Below, piece by piece: positions 1 to 11,578 of a DNA stretch of 64,000 bases. The position numbers were made by a program, and so were the translations under genes. How positions within the stretch are numbered: position 1 is the stretch's first letter; every line of letters begins with the position of its first letter. The stretch is from contig CAWFDF010000009.1 of the NCBI GenBank assembly GCA_963814585.1, positions 224,001 through 288,000 of the forward strand, read 5' to 3'. The notes below the pieces were generated by a model. It did not search any database. It had not been told where the DNA came from and saw only the letters and a list, made by a program, of their open reading frames with translations. Source of the stretch: an uncultured delta proteobacterium (GTDB lineage: Bacteria; Myxococcota; Myxococcia; Myxococcales; Anaeromyxobacteraceae).

Positions 1-669
1 CTGTCGTCGAGCTTCTTCTCCAGGTCGGCGAGCTGCGTCTCCAGCCACTCGGCGGCGTTCTGGGTGGTCACGGTCTTCACCGAGAGGTTCTCGGCGATGT
101 AGGCCTCGGCCAGGGTGTTGGCGACCAGCGCCGCCAGCTGGGGGTCGTCGGACTCGTAGGTGATCCTGACGATGCGCGAGTCCTTCACCGGCTGCAGCTT
201 GAGGCTCCTGGTGAGCACGGCGGCCGGGTCGGCGCGGGCCTTGAAGCGCTCCAGCTCGGCCGGATCGGTCACCTTGTCCAGGCCGAGGAACCTGAGGTTC
301 TGGCCGAGCTGCAGCTTGTCCACCACCCGCTGCGCCACGGTGCGGCTGGCCAGCACCTTGTACTGGGTCTCGTAGAACTCCTTGGAGTACCAGAAGCTGC
401 CGGAGCCGGACTCCACCACCTCCTGCACCGAGTCCTTGTCGAGCACCTTGGGCGCGGCCGAGATCGATGATGATGGTGCAGGTGGCGTCGTAGATCTTGG
501 TCTGCCGGAGCGTGTAGATGCCGGTGACCAGCAGCACGCCCAGGAAGAAGGGGATGGCCAGCCAGCGGCGCCGCATCAGGGTGCGCCAGTAGGCGTGGAA
601 GTCGATCGAGTCGGTCACGTCCGAGACCAGGCTGCGGCTCTCCGGCGTGGCTTGCTGCGGGTCGGTCAT
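1..669 (-). CDS. Wzc/GumC-family polysaccharide co-polymerase (chain-length determinant), N-terminal part; runs off the window edge; one frameshift near 460
   Basis: Hand translation from ATG 669 gives MTDPQQ...SIDFHAYWRTLMRRRWLAIPFFLGVLLVTGIYTLRQTKIYDATCTIIID. After removing one base it continues AAPKVLD...FYETQYKVLASRTVAQRVV...SRIVRITYESDDPQLAALVANTLAEAYI, typical Wzz/Wzc motifs. Confidence 0.85.
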   Translation of the reverse strand, partial: MTDPQQATPESRSLVSDVTDSIDFHAYWRTLMRRRWLAIPFFLGVLLVTGIYTLRQTKIYDATCTIIIDLGRAQGARQGLGAGGGGVRLRQLLVLQGVLRDPVQGAGQPHRGAAGGGQAAARPEPQVPRPGQGDRSGRAGALQGPRRPGRRAHQEPQAAAGEGLAHRQDHLRVRRPPAGGAGRQHPGRGLHRREPLGEDRDHPERRRVAGDAARRPGEEARRQ

Positions 670-725
670 CGGGCTTTCCCGGCGGCGGCCCGATCAGCCG
701 GCCGCACGCGTCTTCAGGGTTGAAG

Positions 726-755
726 AATGTAGGGGATGGGGCGGGGGAAAGTCCA
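726..755 (-). promoter_or_regulatory. Candidate sigma70-type promoter of the wzc-like gene
   Basis: Minus strand TGGACT-N18-TACATT, about 55 nt upstream of the ATG. Confidence 0.35.
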
Positions 756-781
756 ATTGGGGAGCGGGCTTCGGGCGGGGG

Positions 782-1038
782 CTACCGGTAGACCTCCCGC
801 CGGTTACCGACCCGCACCACCAGGACGCGGAGGACGGCGTCCTCGATCGAGACGACGATGCGGTGGTCGCGATGCGGTACGCAAGCGAGGTGAACCGGGC
901 GGTGAGCGCCTTGCCCACGGAGCGCGGGTCAGGGGCGACCCGTGCCTCCACGTAGGCGACCAGCTGCCGCGCCACCTGCTTGTCGAGCTTGCGGAGCTGC
1001 TTCCTGGCCGAGTCGGACCACTCAATCGTCCAGGCCAA
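782..1038 (-). CDS. relE: RelE/ParE-family toxin (frameshifted near 880-900)
   Basis: N-terminus MAWTIEWSDSARKQLRKLDKQVARQLVAYVEARVAPDPRSVGKAL; the C-terminus DHRIVVSIEDAVLRVLVVRVGNRREVYR* lies in another frame and ends at TAG 782-784. Confidence 0.85.
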
Positions 1039-1246
1039 GGTCGGCCCTCAGCTGCTCGGTCGTGAAGACCCGCTCCTTGCCGCGGCGGACCCGCTCCAGG
1101 GTGGCGGCCGCCAGGTAGGCGTCCTCCATGTCATCGAGGTGCTCGAGGATGGCCTCGCGCACGTAGAAGCTCTTGGTCCGGCCGGTGGCCTTCGCCAGGG
1201 CCTCCAGCCGCTCTTCGATCTCCGGGGGGAGGCGGAGCGCCAGCAC
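1022..1246 (-). CDS. relB: RelB/TraY-like ribbon-helix-helix antitoxin
   Basis: MLALRLPPEIEERLEALAKATGRTKSFYVREAILEHLDDMEDAYLA...; overlaps the toxin start; GAGGTG RBS. Confidence 0.85.
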   Translation of the reverse strand: MLALRLPPEIEERLEALAKATGRTKSFYVREAILEHLDDMEDAYLAAATLERVRRGKERVFTTEQLRADLGLDD

Positions 1247-1303
1247 GGTTCACCTCGTTGTCATACGTCGTGGACATGTATAGCGGGCGGATCCGGGGCT
1301 CGC

Positions 1304-3649
1304 ATGCCCCCGCCCCGCCGCTCGTCCACCACCGTCGCCGGCGCCTGGCTGCTCGCCGGCCTGGTGGTGGCGGTGCCGCTGGCCCACGGCGGGGTGGACC
1401 TGCCGGTGCAGCTCGCCGCGGCGGTGCTGGCGGCGGTGGCGCTGCTGCTCGTGGCCCGCGGCTCGGACCGGGCGCCGCTCGTGGCCCTGCCGCTCCTGCT
1501 GGTGGTGGCCTGGGGGGCGGTGCAGGCCGTGCCGCTCCCCGGCGGGCGCGCCATCTCGCTGGATCCCCCCGCCACCGGGCGCGACCTCGCCATCGGCGTC
1601 GCCAAGCTGGCCGCCTTCGCCGCCGCCTGGCACGTGGCCGGGACGCGGCGGCGGCGCGACCTGGTGCTGGCGGGCCTGGGCGCCGCGGGGCTGGCGGTGG
1701 CGGCGACCGTGCTGGGGGCGGCGCTGCTCGGCCTCGGCAAGCTGCTCGAGCCGAGGTTCCCGTTCGGCAACCCCAACCACCTGGCCGGCTTCCTGGTCCT
1801 CACCGCCTTCCCGGTGCTGGGGCTGGCGCTGCGCCGGCGCGGCCAGGGGCGCCTGCTCTGGCTGATGGGCTTCGTGCTGGTGGTGGCGCCGCTCTTCCTC
1901 TCGCTCTCGCGCGGCGGCATCGGCGCCTTCTTCGGCGGCGCGGCGGTGTTCCTGGCCCTGGCCTCGCGGCGCGAGCAGGCGCCCGGCGAGGCGCCGCACC
2001 CCTGGCGCTGGGCGGCGCTGGCCGGGCTCACCGCGGCGCTCGGCGCGGTGGCCTACCTGGCGCTGGAGCCGGTGCTGCGCGAGCTCTCCACGCTGCGGAC
2101 CGCCGCGACGAGTCGAAGCTGGAGCTGTGGCGGCCGGCGCTGGCCATGATCCGCGACCACCCGCTGGCCGGCATCGGCCGCGGCGCCTTCGCCACCGTCT
2201 TCCCGGGCTACAAGACCGAGCCGGCCCAGGTGACCTTCCACTACCTGGAGAACGAGTGGCTCCAGCCGCTGGTGGACCTGGGCGCGCCGGCCGGGCTGCT
2301 GCTCATCGCCACGCTGGGGCTCCTCTGGCTCTCGGCGGCGCGGCGGCGCGACCTCTCCTCGGCCGAGGTCGGCCTGCTGGCCGGCACCGCCGCGGTGGCG
2401 GCGCAGAACCTGGTGGACTTCTCGCTGGAGTTCGCCGGCGTGGGCGTGCCGTTCATGGTGGCGCTCGGCCTGCTGACGCGCGGTGAGCGGCCGGTCCGGC
2501 TGCCCTGGCGCGGGCTGGCCGGCGTCGCGGTGGCGGCGCTGGGCGTGGCCGGGGCGGGGGCCGCTGCTCTGGCGGGCCCACCCCACCGACCAGGACGGCC
2601 TGGCCGTGCTGCTGGCCCCGGACGCCGCCGCGGCCGAGGCGGCGGCGCTGGAGGCGGCGCGCTGGCACCCGGCCGACTACCTGCCGGTGGCCACCGCCGG
2701 CATCCGCTGGGTGGAGGAGGACCGCTGCGCGCGCGGCCTGCCCTGGCTGACCCGCGCCATGGCGCTCAGCCCCACCGCGCCCGAGCCGCACCTCTACGCG
2801 GCCCGCTGCCTGGCCGCCGCCGGGCAGGACGCCTTCGCCCGGCGCGAGTACCGGCTGGCCATCCTCTACGGCCGCGGCGACGCCCTGCGGGAGGCGGCGG
2901 ACCGGTACCAGGAGGTGGACGACCTGCTCCAGGTGGTGCCGGAGACCGCCGACGGGCTGCTGGCGCTGGGCGGGCTGCTGCTGGGGCGCTCGCGCCCCGC
3001 CGACGCCGCCCGCGTCTTCCGGATCGCCCTCGACGACCTGCGCGACGACCGGGCGCTGCTGCCGCTGGCCAGGGCGCTGCTGGCGGCGGACGAGCTGGAG
3101 GAGGCGCTGGCGCTGGCGCGGCGCCGCACCGTCGAGGCGCCGCTCGACCCGCAGGGGTGGCGGCTGGCCGCCGCCGCGCTGCAGGCGGAGGGGTACGACG
3201 AGGAGGCCCGGGAGACGCTGGTGCAGGGGCTGGCCGCGATCCCCGGCTCGCCGCCGCTGGTCGAGGCGCTGGTGCAGCGGTCGCTGGCCGCCCGGCACCC
3301 GGCCGAGGCCCGGCGGCTGGCCGAGGGCATGGCGGCGCGCACCCCCGCCGAGCTGGCGCAGAAGCAGCTGCTCATCGCCGCCACGCTGGGCGCGCAGGGG
3401 CGGTTCGGCGAGGCCATCGAGCGGGCCCGCTCGGCGTCGGCCGTGCTGCCCGCCGCCCCCGGGCCGCTCATGGCGGTGGCGGCCTACTGCCAGCAGGCCG
3501 GCCGCCTCGACGACGCCATCGCCGCGGTGGAGCGGGCCTCGTCGCTGCCCGGGCAGGACCGCGCCGCCTACGAGGCGCGGCTGGCCGAGCTGGCCAGGGC
3601 CAGGGCGGCGCAGGGGCAGCGGCGGATGAGCGAGGAGTTGCTGAGGTAG
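1304..3649 (+). CDS. O-antigen ligase/Wzy_C-family membrane protein with C-terminal TPR region (frameshifts near 2105 and 2560)
   Basis: Multiple TM helices, GNPNHLAG, SLSRGG, PLAGIGRGAF and HYLENEWLQ motifs, then alpha-helical TPR-like repeats, spread over three consecutive frames. Confidence 0.8.
3619..3642 (+). repeat. 24-bp direct repeat, left copy (3' end of the ligase/TPR gene)
   Basis: GCGGCGGATGAGCGAGGAGTTGCT, identical to 5054-5077. Confidence 0.9.
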
Positions 3650-3664
3650 GGGCTGGGTCCGGGC

Positions 3665-3695
3665 TTGTCGGAAGATGATACTTTTTGTATCATCT
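3665..3695 (+). promoter_or_regulatory. Promoter with overlapping perfect 23-bp inverted-repeat operator
   Basis: TTGTCG(3665-3670)-N17-TATCAT(3688-3693); AGATGATAC-TTTTT-GTATCATCT (3673-3695); ATG at 3700 implies a leaderless mRNA. Confidence 0.75.
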
Positions 3696-3699
3696 GCCC

Positions 3700-4448
3700 A
3701 TGGCGCACCTGACCGCATTGGAGGCCTTGGTACCCTCGAGGGCTCGGCGCGCCCTGCTCACCGCCCTTTTCTCTCGGAAGCCTCCCCGGTCCGCGTCCGA
3801 CCTCGCGCATGCCGCCCGACTCACGCCCCGCGCCGTGACACAGCAGGTCGAGCGGCTCGAACGGGCTGGCCTGGTCATCGGCTTGACGTCGGGGCCGAGT
3901 CGCATGCTCCGGCCCAACCTCGACCACCCCGCCGCACGGGCTCTCGAGGCGCTCGTAGCCGCTGCTCCACTCGCCGAGGCCGATGACGATCTCGGCCGCA
4001 CGGACGGCGCTCGCGGCACACGGGGCCCCCTAGCCGGCGTCGCCCCGATCCACGCGCAGGACTCGAGGAGGCGGTGCTGCTTGGCGTGGCGGGCGTGCGG
4101 CGCGACCCGGGCTTCCTCCGCGTGCTGCCGGTGGTGGTCGCCCGGCACGCGGCGCATCTGAACTTCGAGCGACTCCGGTCACTCGCCGTAGCCCGGGGAC
4201 TCCGGGCCGAGCTTGGGATGGTGCTCGACCTCACCGCCGACGTCGCCGGCCTGCCCGAGCTGCGCCGCCAGGCGGCCCCGCTCGAGGACGGTCGAAGGCG
4301 TCGCGATCGCTTCTTGCCCGACTCCATGGGCGACCGGGAGCAGGAGCTCGCCCGGCGTCGGTCGCCAGCCGCCGCCCGGCGCTGGCACTTCCTGGTCAAC
4401 GTGACGGAGGAGTCGCTGAAGGATGTCGTGAGGAAGCATCGTGGATAG
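3700..4448 (+). CDS. Winged-HTH protein, putative antitoxin/regulator (frameshifted about 4000-4075)
   Basis: N-terminal SRARRALLTALF...SASDLAHAARLTPRAVTQQVERLERAGLV (wHTH); C-terminal helical domain in ORF 4074..4448; overlaps the next gene. Confidence 0.65.
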
Positions 4449-5021
4449 GTACGCGCTGCCGGAGATCGTCGAGTTCCTCCGTGCCCTCGACGGCGAGCTG
4501 GGCGAACCGGTTCGGGTCACCATCATCGGTGGTGCTGCGATCGGTCTGCTCTACGACCCGGCTCACGCCACGACCGACATCGACTTCGTCCCGGTGGGCA
4601 GCGCGCCCTTCTGGGCCGCCACCGAGAGGGCTGCTGGGATGATGTCGCGTGCCGTTCCGGTGTCGTCGGTGGCGCTCTTCGTCGCGCCCTACCAGTACGA
4701 GGACCGACTCGTCCGCCTCGACCTACCCGGCCTGGTGAACCTCCAGGTCGAGGTCCCCGAAGCGCACGACCTGGCGCTCATGAAGGTGGCGCGGGGGAGA
4801 GCCATGACCTCACCGCGGTCGAGGACTTGCACCGGCGCCACCCGCTCAGCTTGGACGTACTCGTCGAGCGGTACCGGGAGTCGCTCACCCAGGTGACCGG
4901 GTCGCCGGAGGACTTCCGCCTCAGCTTCCTGGCGCTGGTCGAGAGGCTGTTTGGAGCCACGCTCGCCGACGAGGTGGAAGCCAGGCTGCTCGTCGAGGAT
5001 CCCCCTTCCATCCCTTCCTAG
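4441..5021 (+). CDS. DUF6036-like Pol-beta-superfamily nucleotidyltransferase, putative toxin (frameshift near 4797)
   Basis: IIGGAAIGLLY...ATTDIDF (GG...DxD) and DLALMKVARG motifs; C-terminus in ORF 4827..5021. Confidence 0.7.
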
Positions 5022-5053
5022 GCGTCCAGCCAAGGCCCGCCCGCACCATCGCT

Positions 5054-5077
5054 GCGGCGGATGAGCGAGGAGTTGCT
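5054..5077 (+). repeat. 24-bp direct repeat, right copy
   Basis: Identical to 3619-3642 and followed by CAAGCCTTGA, giving an alternative gene end [10 protein letters not shown]. Confidence 0.9.
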
Positions 5078-5106
5078 CAAGCCTTGAGGTATCCTCCCGG
5101 TCCGTC

Positions 5107-7079
<1,973 letters not shown>

Positions 7080-7113
7080 AAGGGCGCCCCCGGCGTGGTA
7101 AGAACGGCGCGGC

Positions 7114-8712
7114 ATGACCTCCCTCTCCGTCCTCGTCCCCGTCTACAACGAGCAGCACCTGGTGGCCGCCTCGCTGGAGCGGCTCGAGGTGCTGGAGCAG
7201 AGCCCGCTGCTCGACCGGCTGCAGGTGATCGTCATCGACGACTCCTCGCGCGACCGCACCGCCGAGGCGCTGGCCAGGTTCGCCCTGGCCCGCGGCATCA
7301 CCCTGGCCCCGGCCCTGCCCCACGCCGAGCGCACCCACGGCCACATCGACGTGCTGGCCCGCGGCGCCGGCCGCCACGGCAAGATCGACTGGCTCTTCCT
7401 GCAGCACGCCCGCAACGGCGGCAAGGGGGCGGCGATCCGCAGCGCGCTCGGCCGCGCCGACGGCGCCATCACCGTCTTCCACGACGCCGACCTGGAGTAC
7501 CACCCGCGCGACCTGCTCCGCTTCCTCCCGGTCTTCGTCGAGGAGCAGGCCGACGCGGTCTTCGGCTCGCGCTTCGCCGGCGGCGCGGCGCGGCGCGCCC
7601 TGCTCTTCCGCCACGAGCTCGGCAACCGGCTGCTCACGTTCCTCACCAACCTGGTGACCAACGTGAACCTCACCGACATGGAGACCTGCTACAAGGCCGT
7701 CCGCACCGAGCTGCTCCGCTCCATCCCGCTGGTCTCCGACGACTTCCGGCTCGAGCCGGAGCTGACCATCAAGCTGGCCAAGCGCGAGGCCCGCATCTTC
7801 GAGGTGCCGATCAGCTACTCGGGGCGCACCTACCAGGAGGGCAAGAAGATCGGCTGGCGCGACGGCTTCAAGGCGCTGGCCGCCATCCTGCGCTTCTGGT
7901 GGTCGGACCACGTCTACCAGGAGGACGCCTGGGGCTCGCAGATCCTGGGCCGGCTGGCCCGCGCCCCCCGCTTCAACGCCTGGATGGCCGACACCATCCG
8001 CCCCTACTGCGGCCAGCGCATCCTCGAGATCGGCTCCGGCACCGGCAACCTGACCCGGCGGCTCATCCCCCGCGACCAGTACGTCGCCTCCGACATCAAC
8101 CCGCTCTACCTGCACTCGCTGCAGGGGCTCACCGCCGACCGCCCCTACCTCGACGTCACGCTCACCGACGTGACCCGCGGCGAGACCTTCCCGCGCCCGC
8201 CCGGCGGCTTCGACACCGTGGTCTGCCTGAACGTGGTCGAGCACGTGGACGACGACGTGGCGGCGCTGCGCAACATCCGCGCCGTGCTCGCCCCCGCCGG
8301 CCGGGCCATCGTGCTGGTGCCGCAGGGGCCGGAGGTGTTCGGCACGCTCGACGAGGTGCTGGGCCACCGCCGCCGCTACACGGTCGAGTCGCTGGGGAGG
8401 CTGGCGGCCGACGCCGGCTTCACGGTGCGCGAGACGCTGCACTTCAACCGGGTGGGGCGGCCGGCCTGGTGGCTGAACGGCCGGCTGCTGAGGCGGCGCG
8501 ACTTCGGCCTGGTCCAGATCATGATGCTCAACCTGCTCACGCCGATCTTCCGGCTGGTGGACCGGGCCCTGCCGTTCGACGCCCTCTCGCTGATCGCGGT
8601 GATGGAGCCGGTCGCGCCCGGGGCCGCGACGACGCCCGCCCCGGCGGCCCGGCCCGCCGCGGGCACGACGCCAGGCGCCGGGGACCCCGCGCCGGAGGCC
8701 GCGCCGCGGTGA
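7114..8712 (+). CDS. GT2 (DPM1-like) glycosyltransferase fused to class I SAM-dependent methyltransferase
   Basis: SVLVPVYNE, NGGKGAAIR, DADLEY, LTDMETCYK; C-terminal LEIGSGTGN and CLNVVEHV. Confidence 0.9.
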   Translation: MTSLSVLVPVYNEQHLVAASLERLEVLEQSPLLDRLQVIVIDDSSRDRTAEALARFALARGITLAPALPHAERTHGHIDVLARGAGRHGKIDWLFLQHARNGGKGAAIRSALGRADGAITVFHDADLEYHPRDLLRFLPVFVEEQADAVFGSRFAGGAARRALLFRHELGNRLLTFLTNLVTNVNLTDMETCYKAVRTELLRSIPLVSDDFRLEPELTIKLAKREARIFEVPISYSGRTYQEGKKIGWRDGFKALAAILRFWWSDHVYQEDAWGSQILGRLARAPRFNAWMADTIRPYCGQRILEIGSGTGNLTRRLIPRDQYVASDINPLYLHSLQGLTADRPYLDVTLTDVTRGETFPRPPGGFDTVVCLNVVEHVDDDVAALRNIRAVLAPAGRAIVLVPQGPEVFGTLDEVLGHRRRYTVESLGRLAADAGFTVRETLHFNRVGRPAWWLNGRLLRRRDFGLVQIMMLNLLTPIFRLVDRALPFDALSLIAVMEPVAPGAATTPAPAARPAAGTTPGAGDPAPEAAPR

Positions 8713-9635
8713 GCGCGCTCCTGCCCGCCATCCGGGCGCTCACCAGCTTCTCGCCGATCTCCGAGCTCCCGGCCTGCGACCTCGAGGCGCTGGCCCCGGT
8801 GCTGGTGGCGCACGGCCTCGCCCCCATCGCCTCCTGGCACTGCGAGCAGACCCGGCTCGGCGCCGGCCTGCCCGACGGGTTCCGCGAGACGCTGCTCGGC
8901 CAGTACACCGGCACGGTCAACGACAACGTGCTGCGGCTGGTGACGCTGCGCAACGCCCTGAAGGACGTGCCCGAGGTGCCGGTGGTGCTGCTCGACGGCG
9001 CGGCCTACGTGGACTGGCTCTACCCGCACATGGCCTGGCGGCCGGTCTCCGACCTGCGCCTGGCGGTGCGCGGCGCCGACGGCCGGCGCTTCGCCGACGG
9101 CCTGCAGCGGGGCGGCATGAAGCTGATCCGCACCGGCGACGGCGGCCGCACCGCGGTCTTCTCCGACGGGCCGCTGGAGCTGGCGCTGCAGGAGGGGCTG
9201 TGGGCCGGCGCCGCCGAGGACGACGCGCTCTTCACCCGGGCCACCCCCGCCCGCGCCTTCGGGCCGGCGGCGGGCCGGCCGGCGCCGGAGGAGGCGGTGC
9301 TGTGCGCCGTGGGCGACCTGGCGCAAGCCGCGCTCTGGGCCCCGCTGATCCGCTACCTCGACCTGCGCGAGCTGCTGCGCCTGCCGCTCGACGCCGGGCT
9401 GGTGAAGGCGCGCGCCGGGCGGGCCGGCCTCTCCCGGGCGCTGTACGGGGCGGCCGAGCTGGCGGCCTTCTTCTTCCCCGAGGTGGCCGAGGCGGCCGAG
9501 GCGGTGCGCCCCGCGCTGGGCGCGGTGGAGCGCGCCGCGGTGGAGCAGGTGGCCGAGGGGGCGCGCGACCCGGGGAAGCTCCGTCACCTGCGCGGCGCCG
9601 AGGCGGCGGCACGGCTGGTGATCGCGCCGGCCTAG
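8709..9635 (+). CDS. Nucleotidyltransferase-family (NTP_transf_5-like) protein with degenerate motif
   Basis: VVLLDGAAYVDWLYPHMAWRPVSDLRLAV resembles LKG..LYP...R.M.DIDLLV; GTG start overlaps the previous stop. Confidence 0.6.
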   Translation: MSALLPAIRALTSFSPISELPACDLEALAPVLVAHGLAPIASWHCEQTRLGAGLPDGFRETLLGQYTGTVNDNVLRLVTLRNALKDVPEVPVVLLDGAAYVDWLYPHMAWRPVSDLRLAVRGADGRRFADGLQRGGMKLIRTGDGGRTAVFSDGPLELALQEGLWAGAAEDDALFTRATPARAFGPAAGRPAPEEAVLCAVGDLAQAALWAPLIRYLDLRELLRLPLDAGLVKARAGRAGLSRALYGAAELAAFFFPEVAEAAEAVRPALGAVERAAVEQVAEGARDPGKLRHLRGAEAAARLVIAPA

Positions 9636-9665
9636 TGCCCGCGAGTGGCGTGCTACAATCCAGGC

Positions 9666-9917
9666 GTGAACGCGGAGTCCTCCACCGACACGCTCTCGCC
9701 TCGCGAGGTCGAGCGCGCCATCGACCTGCTGGTCGATGAGTGGCGCGTGGACGCGCTGTGGTACCTGCGACCGGACTACTACCCGCGCACCGATCCCGAA
9801 CGCCATCGCGTCCTCGAGGCCATCCAGGTGCACTCCAACCTCGAGGTCTTCAAGCGCGCGGCGAGGTTGAAGGCATGGCTCTCACGGCACTCCAGCGCAA
9901 CGTCTGCCTCTCCCTAG
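9666..9917 (+). CDS. Small hypothetical protein, putative antitoxin partner of the downstream nucleotidyltransferase
   Basis: Extended -10 TGCTACAAT at 9651-9659 and GTG at 9666; LWYLRPDYYPRTDPER; overlaps the next gene. Confidence 0.55.
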   Translation: MNAESSTDTLSPREVERAIDLLVDEWRVDALWYLRPDYYPRTDPERHRVLEAIQVHSNLEVFKRAARLKAWLSRHSSATSASP

Positions 9918-10250
9918 CCGCGCTGCGGAAGCGCTCCGGCGAGAGCTACGTCGCAGGGGGCGGCGCGCTCAACGAGTTCGTGGCCGGGACCCGGCGGTCA
10001 CGCGACGTCGATCTCTTCCACGACACCGCCGCGGCGCTGGTCGCGACCTGGGAGCGGGATCGGGAGGCGCTCCGGGCCGCCGGCCTCGTGGTCGAGCCGA
10101 TCCGCGAGCTGCCGGCCTTCGTGGAGGCCCGGGTCCGCGACGCCGCCGAGGCGCTGCCGCGCTGAGCTGGCCGCCGGGCGGATCGGCTTCGACCAGGGCA
10201 GCATCCGCGGAGCCTTCCCCGAGCTGCGCATCCACGATCCAGCGCCTTGA
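9875..10250 (+). pseudogene. Internally deleted AbiEii-like nucleotidyltransferase
   Basis: MALTALQRNVC...SYVAGGGALN...RRSRDVDLFHD (GG/DxD) stops after about 96 aa; a C-terminus-like tail (ELAAGRIGFDQGSIRGAFPEL...) follows in another frame. Confidence 0.6.
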
Positions 10251-10280
10251 GGCGCCACGCCCCATGGAGAACGCTCCCAC

Positions 10281-11578
10281 ATGAAGATCGCCGTCATCGG
10301 AACCGGCTACGTCGGCCTCGTCACCGGCACCTGCTTCGCCGAGTCGGGCCACGACGTCACCTGCGTGGACCACGACCGGGCCAAGGTCGAGCTGCTGCGC
10401 GGCGGCGGCGTGCCCATCTACGAGCCGGGGCTGGAGGAGCTGGTCCACCGCAACGCCGCCGAGGGGCGGCTGCGCTTCACCACCAGCTACCAGGACGCCG
10501 TCCCGGGCGCCGACGTGGCCTTCATCGCCGTGGGCACGCCGCCCGGCGAGACCGGCGAGGCCGACCTGTCCTACGTGCTGGCCGCCGCCGAGTCGATCGG
10601 CCGGGCGCTCACCGGCTACTGCGTGGTGGTCAACAAGAGCACGGTGCCGGTGGGCAGCAGCGACCAGGTCAAGGCCCGGCTCGACGCCGTCACCGCCCAG
10701 CCCTTCGACGTGGTCTCCAACCCCGAGTTCCTCAAGGAGGGGGCGGCCATCGACGACTTCATGCGCCCCGACCGCGTGGTGGTGGGCGTGACCGGCGAGC
10801 GGGCCCGCGCCGTCATGGCCGAGCTCTACGCGCCGTTCACCCGCGCCGAGCAGCCCATCCTCTTCATGGACCCGCGCTCGGCCGAGCTGACCAAGTACGC
10901 CGCCAACGCCATGCTGGCCACCCGCATCTCCTTCATGAACGAGATCGCCGCGGTCTGCGACCGGCTCGGCGCCGACGTGGACCAGGTGCGGCGCGGCATG
11001 GGGAGCGACAAGCGGATCGGGCACCCGTTCCTTCACCCTGGGTCTGGGTTCGGCGGGAGCTGCTTTCCCAAGGACTTACGGGCCCTCACGACGATGGCCC
11101 GGCAGGCGGGCCTCGACTTCGACCTGCTCCGGTCGGTCGAGCGGATCAACGAGCGCCAGAAGCGCCTGCTGTTCGACAAGGCCCTCAAGCACTTCGGCGG
11201 CAAGTGTCCGGCAAGGTCTTCGGCGTCTGGGGGCTGGCCTTCAAGCCCAAGACCGACGACATGCGCGAGGCCCCGTCGCTCACCATCATCGAGGCCCTGG
11301 TGGGCAACGGCGCCATCGTGCGCGCCCACGACCCGGTGGCGCGCGAGGTGGCCGCCAGCTCCTCCCCGCTCGGTGGAGCTGGTGAAGGAGCCCTACGCCG
11401 CCGCCGAGGGCGCCGACGCGCTGCTGCTCGTCACCGAGTGGAACGAGTTCCGCCAGCCCGACTGGGCGCGGCTGAAGCGGCTCATGCAGGGCGAGTGGTC
11501 TTCGACGGCCGCAACGTCTGGGACGCGCAGAAGGCCCGCGCCGCCGGCTTCACGTACCACGGCATCGGGCGAAGGTAG
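10281..11578 (+). CDS. ugd: UDP-glucose 6-dehydrogenase (frameshifts near 11205, 11370 and 11491)
   Basis: GTGYVG, NKSTVPVG, NPEFLKEG, KYAAN, GFGGSCFPKD, GLAFKPKTDDMRE, DGRN. Confidence 0.93.

Noticed and set aside
763..1300. Direct repeats flanking relBE (AGCGGGC...GGGGCT on both sides)
   Set aside because: Short, gapped and GC-rich; compatible with chance
10252..10264. GCCACGCCCCA match to the arm of the 44994-45106 element
   Set aside because: Only 11 GC-rich bases and no partner arm nearby
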